Shown here: in pieces, positions 49,383 to 59,839 of the stretch
How positions within the stretch are numbered: the first letter of the stretch is position 1
Layout of the letters: the number at the start of each line of letters is the position of its first letter
Assembly: GCA_963663865.1 (NCBI GenBank)
Contig: OY760686.1
Span: 3,088,590 to 3,152,589, forward strand
Source: Spirochaetota bacterium
GTDB lineage: Bacteria > Spirochaetota > UBA4802 > UBA5550
DNA: 64,000 nucleotides
Direction: 5' to 3'
Program-made: the position numbers and the translations under genes
Notes under the pieces: model-generated
Told to the model about the DNA's origin: nothing
The model's input: the letters and a program-made list of their open reading frames with translations, nothing else
Database searches by the model: none

Positions 49383-50538
49383 GTTTAGAAAAATTCCAGT
49401 TGAAGAGCTTAAACCCGGTATGATCTACGATCAGCCGCTTTATGTCGACAAAAGCAATGTTCTTGTCGCCGCCAACGTGGCTGTCCGCGAAAGCGATATA
49501 AAAAAGCTGATGACCTGGGGTGTCTCTGAGATTGAGACAGAAGGTTCACTCATCACCAACACGTCAGGACAGTCATCATCTGACAGAGAAAGACGTATTA
49601 TTCAGGATTACAACGAATTAATCAAAAAACGCAAACAGCTTATAAGCGTCCATCTTAAGGCCAGAAAGGCGGTTGAGGATGCCCATAGTGCCATCAGAAA
49701 ACAGTCGCGCATCTCACTTACCGATATTGAGTCAGCCGTTGAAGATATTATTGCCCTTCTCAAGGAAAACAGCAACGTTTTCCTTTTTCTGTACGGCCTT
49801 GATGAAGGAAAGGATTATATCATTACACACTCGGTAAACGTAACCTTTTACTCCCTGATAATGGGAATCGCGCTTAAATACTCCGATTCCTCGCTAAAAA
49901 CACTCGGGATTGGAACTATGCTTATTGATGCCGGCATGATAAAGATGCCGGTCTATATTACTCACAAGCAGTCCAATCTCTCAGAGCAGGAATACAAACA
50001 GATAAAAACACATCCTCTTCACGGCTACAAGTCCATAAGGGACCTCGGAGACATACCTGAAAAAGCAGCGGAGATATCTCTTCAGCACCATGAGCAATTT
50101 GACGGCAAGGGTTATCCCCGTGGCCTTAAGGGAAATGAAATAAGCGAATATGCTCGCATAGCCGCGATAGCAGACAGCTACGAAGCACAGATTTCCAAAA
50201 GAAGCTACCGACAGAAGGTCTATTTTTACCAGGCTATGCGCAATCTCCTTTCAAGCGGAGTGAACAAGTTTGACCCGGTCATTCTAAGAATCTTCCTTTC
50301 ATGCCTGTCTGTGTATCCTATCGGATCGCTTGTAGAGCTCAGTGATTCTACAATTGGAATAGTTATCGGTTCAGCTCCGGAGAAACCGCTTCGTCCAATT
50401 ATTAAGCTGGTCTTTGACGCTCAGCGGGACAGGGTCTCCGGCACACTCATTGTCAACCTTATTGACAACACTTCACTCTATATCGTCCGTGCTCTTGACG
50501 AGACAGAAGCTGGAATAAACATCTTCGACGTACTTTAA
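49375..50538 (+). CDS. HD-GYP domain protein (putative c-di-GMP phosphodiesterase)
   Basis: HD motif and HHEQFDGKGYPRGL signature. Confidence 0.8.
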   Translation: MPEFRKIPVEELKPGMIYDQPLYVDKSNVLVAANVAVRESDIKKLMTWGVSEIETEGSLITNTSGQSSSDRERRIIQDYNELIKKRKQLISVHLKARKAVEDAHSAIRKQSRISLTDIESAVEDIIALLKENSNVFLFLYGLDEGKDYIITHSVNVTFYSLIMGIALKYSDSSLKTLGIGTMLIDAGMIKMPVYITHKQSNLSEQEYKQIKTHPLHGYKSIRDLGDIPEKAAEISLQHHEQFDGKGYPRGLKGNEISEYARIAAIADSYEAQISKRSYRQKVYFYQAMRNLLSSGVNKFDPVILRIFLSCLSVYPIGSLVELSDSTIGIVIGSAPEKPLRPIIKLVFDAQRDRVSGTLIVNLIDNTSLYIVRALDETEAGINIFDVL

Positions 50539-50595
50539 TTTTAACCAGAATCAGCCCCCGTTCGTTTAACTTCTATACTTTTTTAGCGGGGGATA

Positions 50596-50964
50596 ATGGT
50601 GCGTAGCAATTCAAGAGCCGCAGGCGCCGCAGGCGAAAATGCCGCGGCAGATTTCCTTAGAACAGCCGGCTGCATAATTCTTGAGCAGAATTTCCGCAAT
50701 GGGAAACACGGAGAGATTGATATTATTGCTTCACTGGGCAATCTGATTATCTTCGTAGAGGTAAAGTCAAGAAACAGCGGACACTACGGCGGCGCTCTCT
50801 ATTCTATAGGAGCCGGCAAACGCCGCTCTCTGGTCAAAACCGCGACAGCCTATCTTGTCAACAAACGCCCGTCCCTGCCGCCCGATATTGTATTCAGATT
50901 TGATCTGATATCAGTAAACGGCAACGAAATTCTTTGGATAGAAGATATTATCAGAAACAGGTAG
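50596..50964 (+). CDS. YraN family endonuclease (UPF0102)
   Basis: GAAGENAAADFL...GEIDIIA...LIFVEVK pattern of YraN. Confidence 0.75.
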   Translation: MVRSNSRAAGAAGENAAADFLRTAGCIILEQNFRNGKHGEIDIIASLGNLIIFVEVKSRNSGHYGGALYSIGAGKRRSLVKTATAYLVNKRPSLPPDIVFRFDLISVNGNEILWIEDIIRNR

Positions 50965-50971
50965 GCGTTGT

Positions 50972-52354
50972 TTAATTATCGTCTGAGCTGTATTCACGAA
51001 TAATTCGGGAAGCCTCTGAAATCAGAGTCTCATTTACATTTACAGACGGGTCGTCAAGAACAAGCTCCAGAAGTTCATGCAGAACTTTACCGATAACAGG
51101 GCCGGGCTTCAAGCCGAAAAGCTCCATGATTTCATTGCCATTGATATTAAGATCACGGACAGTTATTGCGTTTGCCTCATCTATGGCCCTTCCGATACGC
51201 TGTTGCAGCTTTAGAATAGGGAAAGGCATACCCTCTCTTGAGCCGTTTCCTTTCCTGTCAGCAAGCCTTAGTTGAAAAAGTTCGTCAAGATTCTCCACTC
51301 CGACTTTGCGCATAAATCGCCTGACGGCGCCATCAGTCCATTCGTCAGTATAATGGAACATGTGATTAAACACGAGATTTACGACTTTTTCTACCTCGTC
51401 ATTGGAATACTTAAGACACCTCATAATCTTCTTAACCATTTTGGCTCCTACAACCTCATGGTTATAGAAAGTTGCCTCACCGTCCGGGCCCTGTCTTCTT
51501 GTAGGGACCTTTCCTATATCGTGCAGAAGTGCAGCCAGCCTGATCAACGGATTGTCCTTTGGCGCTGCATCGCACGAATATACGCTGTGATGGTATATAT
51601 CATATATATGAAAGCGGTTCTGTCCAACTTCATAAGCATGATATAGCTCCGGCAGGAATATCTCCATGAGTCCGGAACGCCTCATGTACTCAAGCCCTCT
51701 TGAGGGCTTTTCAGTCGTTAAAAGCTTATTAAGTTCATCACGTACACGCTCTGCTGAAACCCTTCGTGATACATCAAGGGCACCGGAGATAGCCTTGAAA
51801 GTCTCATCCTCAATTTTGAAATTAAGCTTTGAAGCAAACCTGCAGGCTCTGTAAGGCCTTAGGCCGTCTTCATTAAAGCGCTCAGCCGGATTTCCGATTG
51901 TCCTGATAATTCCGCTTCTCAGGTCATCCATCCCTCCGACATGGTCGATAATCTCCGATTTTAGAACATCATACGCGAGCCCATTAATGGTGAAATCTCT
52001 TCGTGAAACATCGACCTCAAGAGAGTCCGAGAAAGAAACGGTATCAGGCCTTCTGCCGTCGGCATAATTCCCGTCCGACCTGTATGTTGTCACTTCGTAT
52101 GAGCTTCCATCCTGGAGTATTGAAACCGTTCCGTGTTTAATGCCTGTCGGTGCAACACGCTTGAAAAGCCTTGTAATCTGCTCAGGCCTTGCGTTGGTTG
52201 CGAAATCGTAGTCGTAGCATTCGATTCCAAGCAGCAGATCCCTGACAGAGCCTCCGACAAGGTAACACTGAAATCCTGCACCACTGAAACGGTCCGCAAT
52301 CGATACGACTGTATTTCTGATGGAGTCCGGTATATTTGAAATTATATCATTCAT
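50972..52354 (-). CDS. cca: CCA tRNA nucleotidyltransferase / poly(A) polymerase family with HD domain
   Basis: N-terminal Pol-beta nucleotidyltransferase GGSVRDLLLG, D.D motif, C-terminal HD (LLHDIGK). Confidence 0.8.
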   Translation of the reverse strand: MNDIISNIPDSIRNTVVSIADRFSGAGFQCYLVGGSVRDLLLGIECYDYDFATNARPEQITRLFKRVAPTGIKHGTVSILQDGSSYEVTTYRSDGNYADGRRPDTVSFSDSLEVDVSRRDFTINGLAYDVLKSEIIDHVGGMDDLRSGIIRTIGNPAERFNEDGLRPYRACRFASKLNFKIEDETFKAISGALDVSRRVSAERVRDELNKLLTTEKPSRGLEYMRRSGLMEIFLPELYHAYEVGQNRFHIYDIYHHSVYSCDAAPKDNPLIRLAALLHDIGKVPTRRQGPDGEATFYNHEVVGAKMVKKIMRCLKYSNDEVEKVVNLVFNHMFHYTDEWTDGAVRRFMRKVGVENLDELFQLRLADRKGNGSREGMPFPILKLQQRIGRAIDEANAITVRDLNINGNEIMELFGLKPGPVIGKVLHELLELVLDDPSVNVNETLISEASRIIREYSSDDN

Positions 52355-52527
52355 TTGTTCTGGTCCCTTAATGCCTTCTCCGAAGATTCAGCCTCATCGT
52401 GATTAGCAAGCGCTGTTATAAGAGTCTGCTGAGCAGAGGCTGCCGGAAAAGTCCTGAAGCGCGGTCATGTCCATACGGCATTTTCGTTTTTCAGATAATA
52501 GACTTTCCCCGAAGGAGCAGCCTGGCG

Positions 52528-54240
52528 TCAAGGAGCTTTTGCACTATTTTCTGATATGATTTCAGTGCCAGCATATGGCCTTGCTGATTTCCTGTCAGAG
52601 AGTTTTGACTCGTGATTATACGGTGTTCCGGGTCGATATGTGTCGTAGGCGCTGACAGCAAAATAATAAAGCACTGTGTTCCTGAGCAATGGATAGGCCA
52701 GTAAACCCCGACTGTCTGCCCTTAGATTCTCTTCAATAACACGGTTGTCAAGCGACAGGTAGATATAATCTCCCTTTTGATAGGTATTATCAATCTTCTT
52801 TCCGTTTGCGAATGTGATAATCCCCTCATATCTGTCCGTTGATGTGCTGTAGTAAAGCCTGTAGCCCCCGATATCATAGTCAGTATTCTTTTTCCAGCGC
52901 AGTAAAACATTTTCATCACCGGCGGAAACAACCTCAAAAAACATCGGCGCCCCCGGCGGTAAATCCGGCTGGTACTTAAGCCTTATGTTTGACAGCTCGG
53001 GCGCACTTTTTCCGTCGGGTGAAACAGCAAGATTTGCTCTCCACTGATAATATCGTCCCCTCAGAGGTTTTTTATCCTCCCCAACCGTTTTAAAAATCTC
53101 TTTCTGACTGTTGGAGATACGGTACCACCTGGGTTGATTGTCTTTCTCAGCGAACAGGCTGTCTGATGTGCGAAATTCCATCCAGATAAAGGTTCCATCC
53201 GGTAATTTCTCATCCCAATCAAAAGAGACGACCCTGGTTCCAAAGTCATTAAATGAATATACCGGGCTTGTTACGGTTCCGCCGGCATTTTTGGGCTCCC
53301 TGCCATTTAGTTTCCGTGGAGCAAAAGCTGTTGTTTTTATCTGATATCTTTCTGCTGAAACAGCAAGAGGCTGAAGGCTTATTTTCAACTCATCAATAAG
53401 ACCGCAAAACCCCCTGCCGATTATAGCCGGAGGAAAATCTCTGTTGATAACAGCCTGATCTGATACAACTCCAAATCTCGGCGTGTAAGGCGCGGTGTCA
53501 GGTGTGCCGTCCGCAGTTAAATATTGAGTTTCCTGTTCTTTCCCGTCAAGGTACGAAGACAGCCTTCCGTCAGACCGGTCAAAACTCAAAACATAATGGT
53601 ACCATTTATCCGCATGAATCGAAGTGACTCCGTGATGCTCTACATTCTTTTTAAATCCGCTTTTATCCTCAAATATACCATAAAAACCGCTAAATACTCT
53701 ACCTCTGTGGAGCTTAATTTCTATCCCCTGAATACTTCCGTTTAGTGATCCAAGACGTGAAAAGATAACCGCGCCATCCCGGATAGTACTCGGATTAATT
53801 CTAAATTCTACAGTGAAAGACCCAAGATCGCCTGAATTGCCAAGCCACAGGCTTGCCTCGGGCTTTAGTACAACTTCATGATCGTCTCTATAGAAAAGTG
53901 CACATCCGCTGCCATGGGCCCCCTTTGCCTTCGTAAAACTGTATTCCGCCGATAGTACCTGATATCGTGATGTATCATCATGATGCAACGTGACAGGCTC
54001 CCCGTCAAAGGACAGTGACATATCAAGAACGCCCGATTCATACTGCTTTCCATAAGATATATCAGAAACAGTATATCGGACAGAATCGCTTTGGCCTCCT
54101 GCAGCCTGAATCCCGTTGAGACCGCTCTGAGGGACCCGGGCGAAGTGAACTGTGCAGGCTTTCCCATCCTCCGCAGCAGGATAAAGGGGAGACGCGAAAG
54201 GCATACCCCATAGTATAATAAGTATTAAAACCCTGCGCAT
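52528..54240 (-). CDS. secreted protein with concanavalin/LamG-like jelly-roll and FN3-like regions
   Basis: Start set at MRRVLILIILWGMPFASPL (signal peptide) to avoid overlap with rpiB; beta-rich, weak LamG-like pattern. Confidence 0.45.
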   Translation of the reverse strand: MRRVLILIILWGMPFASPLYPAAEDGKACTVHFARVPQSGLNGIQAAGGQSDSVRYTVSDISYGKQYESGVLDMSLSFDGEPVTLHHDDTSRYQVLSAEYSFTKAKGAHGSGCALFYRDDHEVVLKPEASLWLGNSGDLGSFTVEFRINPSTIRDGAVIFSRLGSLNGSIQGIEIKLHRGRVFSGFYGIFEDKSGFKKNVEHHGVTSIHADKWYHYVLSFDRSDGRLSSYLDGKEQETQYLTADGTPDTAPYTPRFGVVSDQAVINRDFPPAIIGRGFCGLIDELKISLQPLAVSAERYQIKTTAFAPRKLNGREPKNAGGTVTSPVYSFNDFGTRVVSFDWDEKLPDGTFIWMEFRTSDSLFAEKDNQPRWYRISNSQKEIFKTVGEDKKPLRGRYYQWRANLAVSPDGKSAPELSNIRLKYQPDLPPGAPMFFEVVSAGDENVLLRWKKNTDYDIGGYRLYYSTSTDRYEGIITFANGKKIDNTYQKGDYIYLSLDNRVIEENLRADSRGLLAYPLLRNTVLYYFAVSAYDTYRPGTPYNHESKLSDRKSARPYAGTEIISENSAKAP

Positions 54241-54253
54241 TTTATCTCCTGAA

Positions 54254-54682
54254 TCATTCGAGTTCCATAATTTTGTTAACTCTTTTCTCGTGCCTGCCTC
54301 CATCAAAGGGAGTATCAAGCCACCTTCTGACTATGCTGAAAGCGAGATCTTCTCCGATAACCCTTGCTCCCAGGGCAAGAACGTTTGAATTGTTATGCCG
54401 TTTAGCCATTTCAGCCATAAACTCATTAAAGCACAGGGCAGCCCTGATGCCCTTTACCTTGTTGGCAGCTATTGATATTCCTATTCCCGTACCGCAGATT
54501 ACAATTCCACAATCCGCCTTGCCTTCCGTTACAAGCCTCCCAACCTCGGCTGCATAATCTGGATAATCACATGATTCATTTGAATATGTACCGGCATCAA
54601 GAAACTCACATTCATCAAAGTTCTCCACAATCCTGGTTTTTAAATGGATACCGGCATGATCTGATCCGATGGCTATCTTCAT
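54254..54682 (-). CDS. rpiB: ribose-5-phosphate isomerase B
   Basis: MKIAIGSDHAG...CGTGIGISIAANK motifs. Confidence 0.85.
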   Translation of the reverse strand: MKIAIGSDHAGIHLKTRIVENFDECEFLDAGTYSNESCDYPDYAAEVGRLVTEGKADCGIVICGTGIGISIAANKVKGIRAALCFNEFMAEMAKRHNNSNVLALGARVIGEDLAFSIVRRWLDTPFDGGRHEKRVNKIMELE

Positions 54683-55159
54683 TTTTAACTCCTATACTTG
54701 AAATCAGACTACTTAAGCACCAGATTTTCATTTTCATATCTATTATTCAAACAGTTTATACGCCATATAATCATAATCCCGGAATTTTGCTATTTATAAA
54801 TGATTTCCGCATCTCATATTTGATTTTTTAAATGACCTGATGTGGAAAGTATAAACAAAAACCTACGATATAATTCGATATTTTTTTTGTTTTTTTATAA
54901 CCTGCGCTATAAAGTTATCAACAGATTACCAAAGTGAACATATTTAGTTTTTTGCACTGTATTTTCAACTTAGGTATCGATAGCATTATTAGAAACAGTA
55001 TCGGCACTATTCACAAATATTCCAACGACTTATCTTCTGATTGGATGAGCAGTTAAATGCTTATGTCTCATTCGTTTTCTTTCTGGATTCATCTTCAAAT
55101 CAGTCTGATTCAAATGAAATGAAATTAATTAACTCAATTAATTAACTGAAAATTTTTGA

Positions 55160-55200
55160 TTGTTGATAATGTTGATAACTTTGTTGATAAGTTGATAAGT
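55160..55200. repeat. four tandem TTGATAA / TTATCAAC(A/T) repeats (DnaA-box-like), a fifth copy at 54915-54923
   Basis: gattgttgataatgttgataactttgttgataagttgataag read directly; reverse complement gives TTATCAACA x3 and TTATCAACT, one mismatch from TTATCCACA. Confidence 0.6.
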
Positions 55201-55252
55201 AGGTATTGACAAATATTGCGATGAACTTACGTGGTCAAATTTCTATTACATT

Positions 55253-56017
55253 TTATCTGTTATTGAATATCCGCAAAGATCCCTTTAAAACGAGATCCGG
55301 CTCATTGATTACTTTAAAGGACATTGACGCAGCCAAAAAAAGGCCGTATCCACCTGTGACTACAATTTTCATTTCACTTCCGTATAAAAGCCTTATTTTC
55401 GAACAAACCCCCTCCATCATAGCGCCCCATCCATAAAAAATTCCTGCTCTAATCCCACTATAAGTGTTTTTTCCGATCAAATCAACAACCTCGGTGAGTT
55501 CTATGTCAGTGGGTAGATTTGCATCTATACAAAGGACCTTTAATGATGTACCTATTCCGGGTATTATCAGGCCCCCCGGGTAAAAACCGCTCTTTTCAAC
55601 AACATCCACCGTAATGGCTGTTCCAGCATCAATTATTATTGCAGAACCATGAGTACTATAGCATTCTTCAACAGCAGCAAGACGGTCATTCCCCAGTTTT
55701 TCCGGATTATCGTAACCATTTATTATGCTTGTTTTGCTGTCATGTGTGATTTCATATATAAGACCGCGATTCAGTCCAAGTTCGTTTTTGACATATTGCA
55801 AGAAATTCTTTTTTACGCTGCAAACAACAATACCGTGGATTCCACTTAGATCTGATCCATAATTTAATTTAAGCTCATTAACAAAAAGGGAAACAGCTTT
55901 CCCAGGACTGTCATTGAAGTAATATACATTTTTCCTGGAGATGGTTCCGTCTACAGTAAATTCCCCTGCTTTTAAAGAGGTATTCCCGGCATCAAGGACT
56001 ACAATCATATTACCCAC
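55253..56017 (-). CDS. coaX: type III pantothenate kinase
   Basis: MIVVLDAGNTSLK start and ASKHA motifs typical of CoaX. Confidence 0.85.
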   Translation of the reverse strand: MGNMIVVLDAGNTSLKAGEFTVDGTISRKNVYYFNDSPGKAVSLFVNELKLNYGSDLSGIHGIVVCSVKKNFLQYVKNELGLNRGLIYEITHDSKTSIINGYDNPEKLGNDRLAAVEECYSTHGSAIIIDAGTAITVDVVEKSGFYPGGLIIPGIGTSLKVLCIDANLPTDIELTEVVDLIGKNTYSGIRAGIFYGWGAMMEGVCSKIRLLYGSEMKIVVTGGYGLFLAASMSFKVINEPDLVLKGSLRIFNNR

Positions 56018-56261
56018 CTCGATATTTTTGCAACTTTCTGATTCATCCCTGTGTCGTTAATAGTGACATTACAGTTAGGGATATTTATATGTTAATTACT
56101 TCAATCGTTCTTTTATCAATTGTTTTGTGCGGCATTTTTGGATTCATGTTGCTAAGGTCGATCGCGGCCTGTAAATAATTATTTGCGTTTATTTGAAAAC
56201 ACTGATTGACTCATTTAATATTTTATTTTACTTTAAGCTATTATTTTTACTGGTGAATTAA

Positions 56262-56612
56262 ATGCAAAATGTTACCACTATAGCCTCAGCCGCTGCTCAA
56301 GTTCTTATGACTGTAATCCCTATTGTTGGGATTGTAATGGGATCACTCGTTGTTTTTTTCTATTTGCTCTGGCATCACAGGCAAAAGATGTTCATGATTG
56401 AAAAGGGAATATACAGAAAAATCGAGTTTGACATATCGACCTTCAGCCTTTTCACAGGGCTGCTGCTCATGAGTATTGGCGGCAGTCTGGTTGTATTTTT
56501 TATAATTAAATCTGGTTTTTCATATGGAGTTTTAAGCGGATTGATTCCATTTGCGATCGGATTAAGTCAGATAGTTTTTTTTGTGGTCAGATTAAGGGTA
56601 CATCATAAATAA
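56262..56612 (+). CDS. small membrane protein (2-3 TM helices)
   Basis: Hydrophobic segments; immediately upstream of ECF sigma gene. Confidence 0.45.
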   Translation: MQNVTTIASAAAQVLMTVIPIVGIVMGSLVVFFYLLWHHRQKMFMIEKGIYRKIEFDISTFSLFTGLLLMSIGGSLVVFFIIKSGFSYGVLSGLIPFAIGLSQIVFFVVRLRVHHK

Positions 56613-56616
56613 AACA

Positions 56617-57186
56617 ATGATTGTTGACAGCCTTTCTGATGAAAGCATTATCCGAAAAATATTACTGGGAGAGACAGCCCTTTTTAAGCTGATTGTAGAA
56701 AGATATCAGCAGAGAATCTTCCGGATGGGTATGAGGTTTTTTAAAAATCAGGATGAAGCCATGGATTTTACCCAGGACACCCTGATTCTCTGTTACAGGA
56801 AACTTGATACTTACAGGGGGCTTTCACCGTTCAAATACTGGATTTTGAAGGTTGCCTACAATGCAGGAATTAACAAGTTGAAATCAACAGTGATTGACAC
56901 CAGCCTGCCAGAGCAAAACGAACCTGTTGACATTTCAATGAAAGATCCTCAAAAGGAATACGCTGCCTCTGAATCGAGACGTATTATCCACGAGGCTATT
57001 AACACATTGCCGGAAAAATACCGTTTGTGTATAACCATGTTCTTCTTTGACGGCTTGAAGTTCAGGGAGATCAGTAAAATTACAGGCTATCCGGTAAATA
57101 CGATCAAATCGCATGTTTCAAGAGCCAAGCAACAGTTAAGAGCTTATCTGAAGGGTGCTGACATGGAGGAAACAGATGAGATGTAG
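56617..57186 (+). CDS. ECF-type RNA polymerase sigma-70 family factor
   Basis: Region 2 and region 4 helix-turn-helix motifs (F...D..QDT, GL.F.EISKITGYPVNTIKSHVSRA). Confidence 0.8.
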   Translation: MIVDSLSDESIIRKILLGETALFKLIVERYQQRIFRMGMRFFKNQDEAMDFTQDTLILCYRKLDTYRGLSPFKYWILKVAYNAGINKLKSTVIDTSLPEQNEPVDISMKDPQKEYAASESRRIIHEAINTLPEKYRLCITMFFFDGLKFREISKITGYPVNTIKSHVSRAKQQLRAYLKGADMEETDEM

Positions 57187-57634
57187 AACGGCAATGACTA
57201 TTTATGACAATCTCGACAATCACCGGGAGATACCCTTATCACTGAGCCATCATTTAAAAAATTGCCTGAACTGTAGTCAGGAAATATACTTAACTCAGAC
57301 AGTGATTGAGGACGGTGTACGGGAAGAGTCAATCGCATGCGAAGTTGATGTAACACGATCTGTCATGAATATAATTGAATTGAGTGAAAATCATGCAAAA
57401 TGCGGAATCTCCGGTTTAAAATGGATGTCTACGGGCATTCTGATACTGGGAAGCATCGTTTTCATTTCTTTTTCCAAGAACTTCACAATTTTACAGGATA
57501 TTTTCAGCTTCAACATTGAATTACCGCTATACATCGTGCTTGGCGTGGCGATTTCTCTCTATACTTCCTTTTTCGCCGGAACACATTTAAACTACATCAA
57601 TACCGACAAAATATCAAAATTTATAGAACGATGA
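57176..57634 (+). CDS. putative zinc-binding (ZAS-type) anti-sigma factor with C-terminal TM helices
   Basis: GGAGG RBS before ATG 57176; HLKNCLNC = HxxxCxxC ZAS motif; overlaps sigma gene end. Confidence 0.55.
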   Translation: MRCRTAMTIYDNLDNHREIPLSLSHHLKNCLNCSQEIYLTQTVIEDGVREESIACEVDVTRSVMNIIELSENHAKCGISGLKWMSTGILILGSIVFISFSKNFTILQDIFSFNIELPLYIVLGVAISLYTSFFAGTHLNYINTDKISKFIER

Positions 57635-57662
57635 GGACGGCCTTTGCCGTCCCCACTATACT
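57635..57662 (+). terminator. possible bidirectional terminator hairpin between anti-sigma gene and pckG
   Basis: GGACGG-cctttg-CCGTCC hairpin at 57635-57652 followed by moderately T-rich tract. Confidence 0.35.
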
Positions 57663-57665
57663 TTA

Positions 57666-59576
57666 TTATTCAAAATATTCAGGCTTGATTACGCCCATTC
57701 CAAAATGAAGTTTCGCTGAAATAAGACGATCCTTAACTTCTTTTAGAATTATATAAAACTTATCCGGTATAGATTTTTCAATAATGTACGCAGCTTCAAT
57801 TCTATCCATCTTTGCGATATAACTGTCTGCTCTTATAGAGAACTGTCTGTCATATTCCTCTCTTGAGTATTTTTTCCCGAGAAGAACATCGAATAATGTC
57901 TCCACATCGTCGTATTTGGGTATATACCCAAGGGGTGTCTCAAGTGCAGTATACTCCCCATGTACACGTCCTTCCATCCACATGAGCCATACCTTTTTGT
58001 CCAGCTTGCCGTTTAAAAACTTTCCTGATTCCTGAAGAAAATAGTTCGTTGCGAATATAAGAGGGCGACTTGAGAGCATCTGGCCGAATTTGAAATGGCT
58101 ATTAATATACTGGCCAAGAGGCACTGAAAGAAAATCCAGGTTGGCCATTGGCGACAGCTCCCTTACTCCAGCCTTTCCAATTGTCGCTGCGGTTGTCTCA
58201 GATTCAATGGTAGCTCCAATAAAGACACCATGATCCCAATCAAAACTCTGACAAACTGGAACTGATGTATCGGAATCTCTACCGCCATAGATTATTGCCT
58301 GAAGCGGCACACCCTGCGGATTATTGAGCATTGAATCACAATTTTCGAGTTCCTCTATCCTGACAGTATATCTGGCATTTTTATGGGCTGGTGGAATTTC
58401 AGCACCCGCGTGATTTTTCTTCCCTTTTTCCCAGATACCGCTAAAATTTACGCCTTTGTCCGGGATGTCCTTCCCCATTCCGAGCCAGTAAGGACTTCCG
58501 TCGTTTACAAGGATGTTGGAAAAAATCAACTCTCTCGGTGAAGTTAATGTTTTATAGATTACCGGATCATCCTGTGGATTAACATCCTCAATAATTCCAA
58601 AAATTCCGTGCTCGACATTTGCGGCAAATGCATTTCCATCAGCGCCTTTTCTTATGTACGCAATATCATCACCAACAATAAGCTGACCGGGAATCATCGC
58701 GGTAGAAGTTTTTCCGCAGGCACTTGGGTAGGCACCGGCAAAATATGTTGTTCGGTCTTTCCCTTCCGGTCTTGCACCCATTATAAACATGTGTTCAGCA
58801 AGCCAGTCTTCATGGTTTGATTTGTATATTGCCAGTCTAAGTGCAAGTTTTTTCAGCCCGAGACTGTTTCCTGCATATTGATTGTTTATTGTATATACAA
58901 TACCGCCTTCTGTATCAATATAAATCCGCCGCTTGTCCAGATTAGCTGAATTGCCATTTTCATCAAGCTTCCCCGAGGAATGAACAAAGGTGAAAAAAGA
59001 GTTGGAACCGTTAAGGTTTTTGAACTGTTGATATCCGGTTCTATAAAGCAAATCTTCACTATGAGCCACATAAAAAGAATCAGTCAGCTGAAGAGCACAT
59101 AAGGAAAAGGGAGAATTAACAGGACCAAGGCAAAAAAATCTGATTATGCACTCTTTTCCTTCCATCATGCCGTCCATTATATCATGGACCTCTTTGTTGC
59201 CAGTTTCAACATCAACGGTTTTAATTCCGCTGGCAAGAATTGTACCAGGCTTTACCATAATACAGGTATTGTTTTTATCACGTCCTTGATCGTTAATTCC
59301 GTCAAAGTGGACAGTATGCCCCTCAATATTGAGATTCTTTTCCTCTCCTGCTCTAATTGCCCCATCTCTCACATACGCAATATCTTCAGCACTATCCGAA
59401 ATCACAGTAACCTTGTCAGGCCTTAAAAGTCTGACATACTTATCGATGATCCTTTCAATCTCCGGATTTTTCAGATACTTAATCTTTTGTAAATCTCCGT
59501 CCCAAATAAACCCCTTGCCTATATTCAACGCAGTTACCCCCTGTATTTTGTATTCAAGCAAAGACTGACGGTACAA
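57666..59576 (-). CDS. pckG: phosphoenolpyruvate carboxykinase (GTP)
   Basis: GTP-PEPCK P-loop/kinase-1a AYPSACGKT motif, 636 aa. Confidence 0.9.
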   Translation of the reverse strand: MYRQSLLEYKIQGVTALNIGKGFIWDGDLQKIKYLKNPEIERIIDKYVRLLRPDKVTVISDSAEDIAYVRDGAIRAGEEKNLNIEGHTVHFDGINDQGRDKNNTCIMVKPGTILASGIKTVDVETGNKEVHDIMDGMMEGKECIIRFFCLGPVNSPFSLCALQLTDSFYVAHSEDLLYRTGYQQFKNLNGSNSFFTFVHSSGKLDENGNSANLDKRRIYIDTEGGIVYTINNQYAGNSLGLKKLALRLAIYKSNHEDWLAEHMFIMGARPEGKDRTTYFAGAYPSACGKTSTAMIPGQLIVGDDIAYIRKGADGNAFAANVEHGIFGIIEDVNPQDDPVIYKTLTSPRELIFSNILVNDGSPYWLGMGKDIPDKGVNFSGIWEKGKKNHAGAEIPPAHKNARYTVRIEELENCDSMLNNPQGVPLQAIIYGGRDSDTSVPVCQSFDWDHGVFIGATIESETTAATIGKAGVRELSPMANLDFLSVPLGQYINSHFKFGQMLSSRPLIFATNYFLQESGKFLNGKLDKKVWLMWMEGRVHGEYTALETPLGYIPKYDDVETLFDVLLGKKYSREEYDRQFSIRADSYIAKMDRIEAAYIIEKSIPDKFYIILKEVKDRLISAKLHFGMGVIKPEYFE

Positions 59577-59839
59577 CCGTATTTAGTATTTTCTGGAATG
59601 AACAAAGCGCACGAGAAAAAAAGATGTAAAGAGCAGGAATTATTTAATAACTTTTACTTCATGATTTTTTATTATCAAGCATAAAATAAATTTTAAACCT
59701 TTTTATTGAGCTTGTGTGATTTTGTTATTTCAATTCTATATATTATTTTTATGACTTTACACATCAATTGTATTTATGAACTTATGAATATTAAGTATAT
59801 TACAGATTAAAACTTATTCATTCTACTACAGGTGCTGCC

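Noticed and set aside
54241-54318. N-terminal 26-aa extension of the LamG-like ORF overlapping rpiB
   Set aside because: Would overlap 65 nt of rpiB coding sequence; the internal Met MRRVLILIILWGM starts a canonical signal peptide, so the shorter start is preferred.
55160-55200. Possible CRISPR array suggested by short direct repeats
   Set aside because: Repeat units are only about 9-10 bp with 2-4 bp between them; there are no unique spacers of 25-40 bp and no cas genes.
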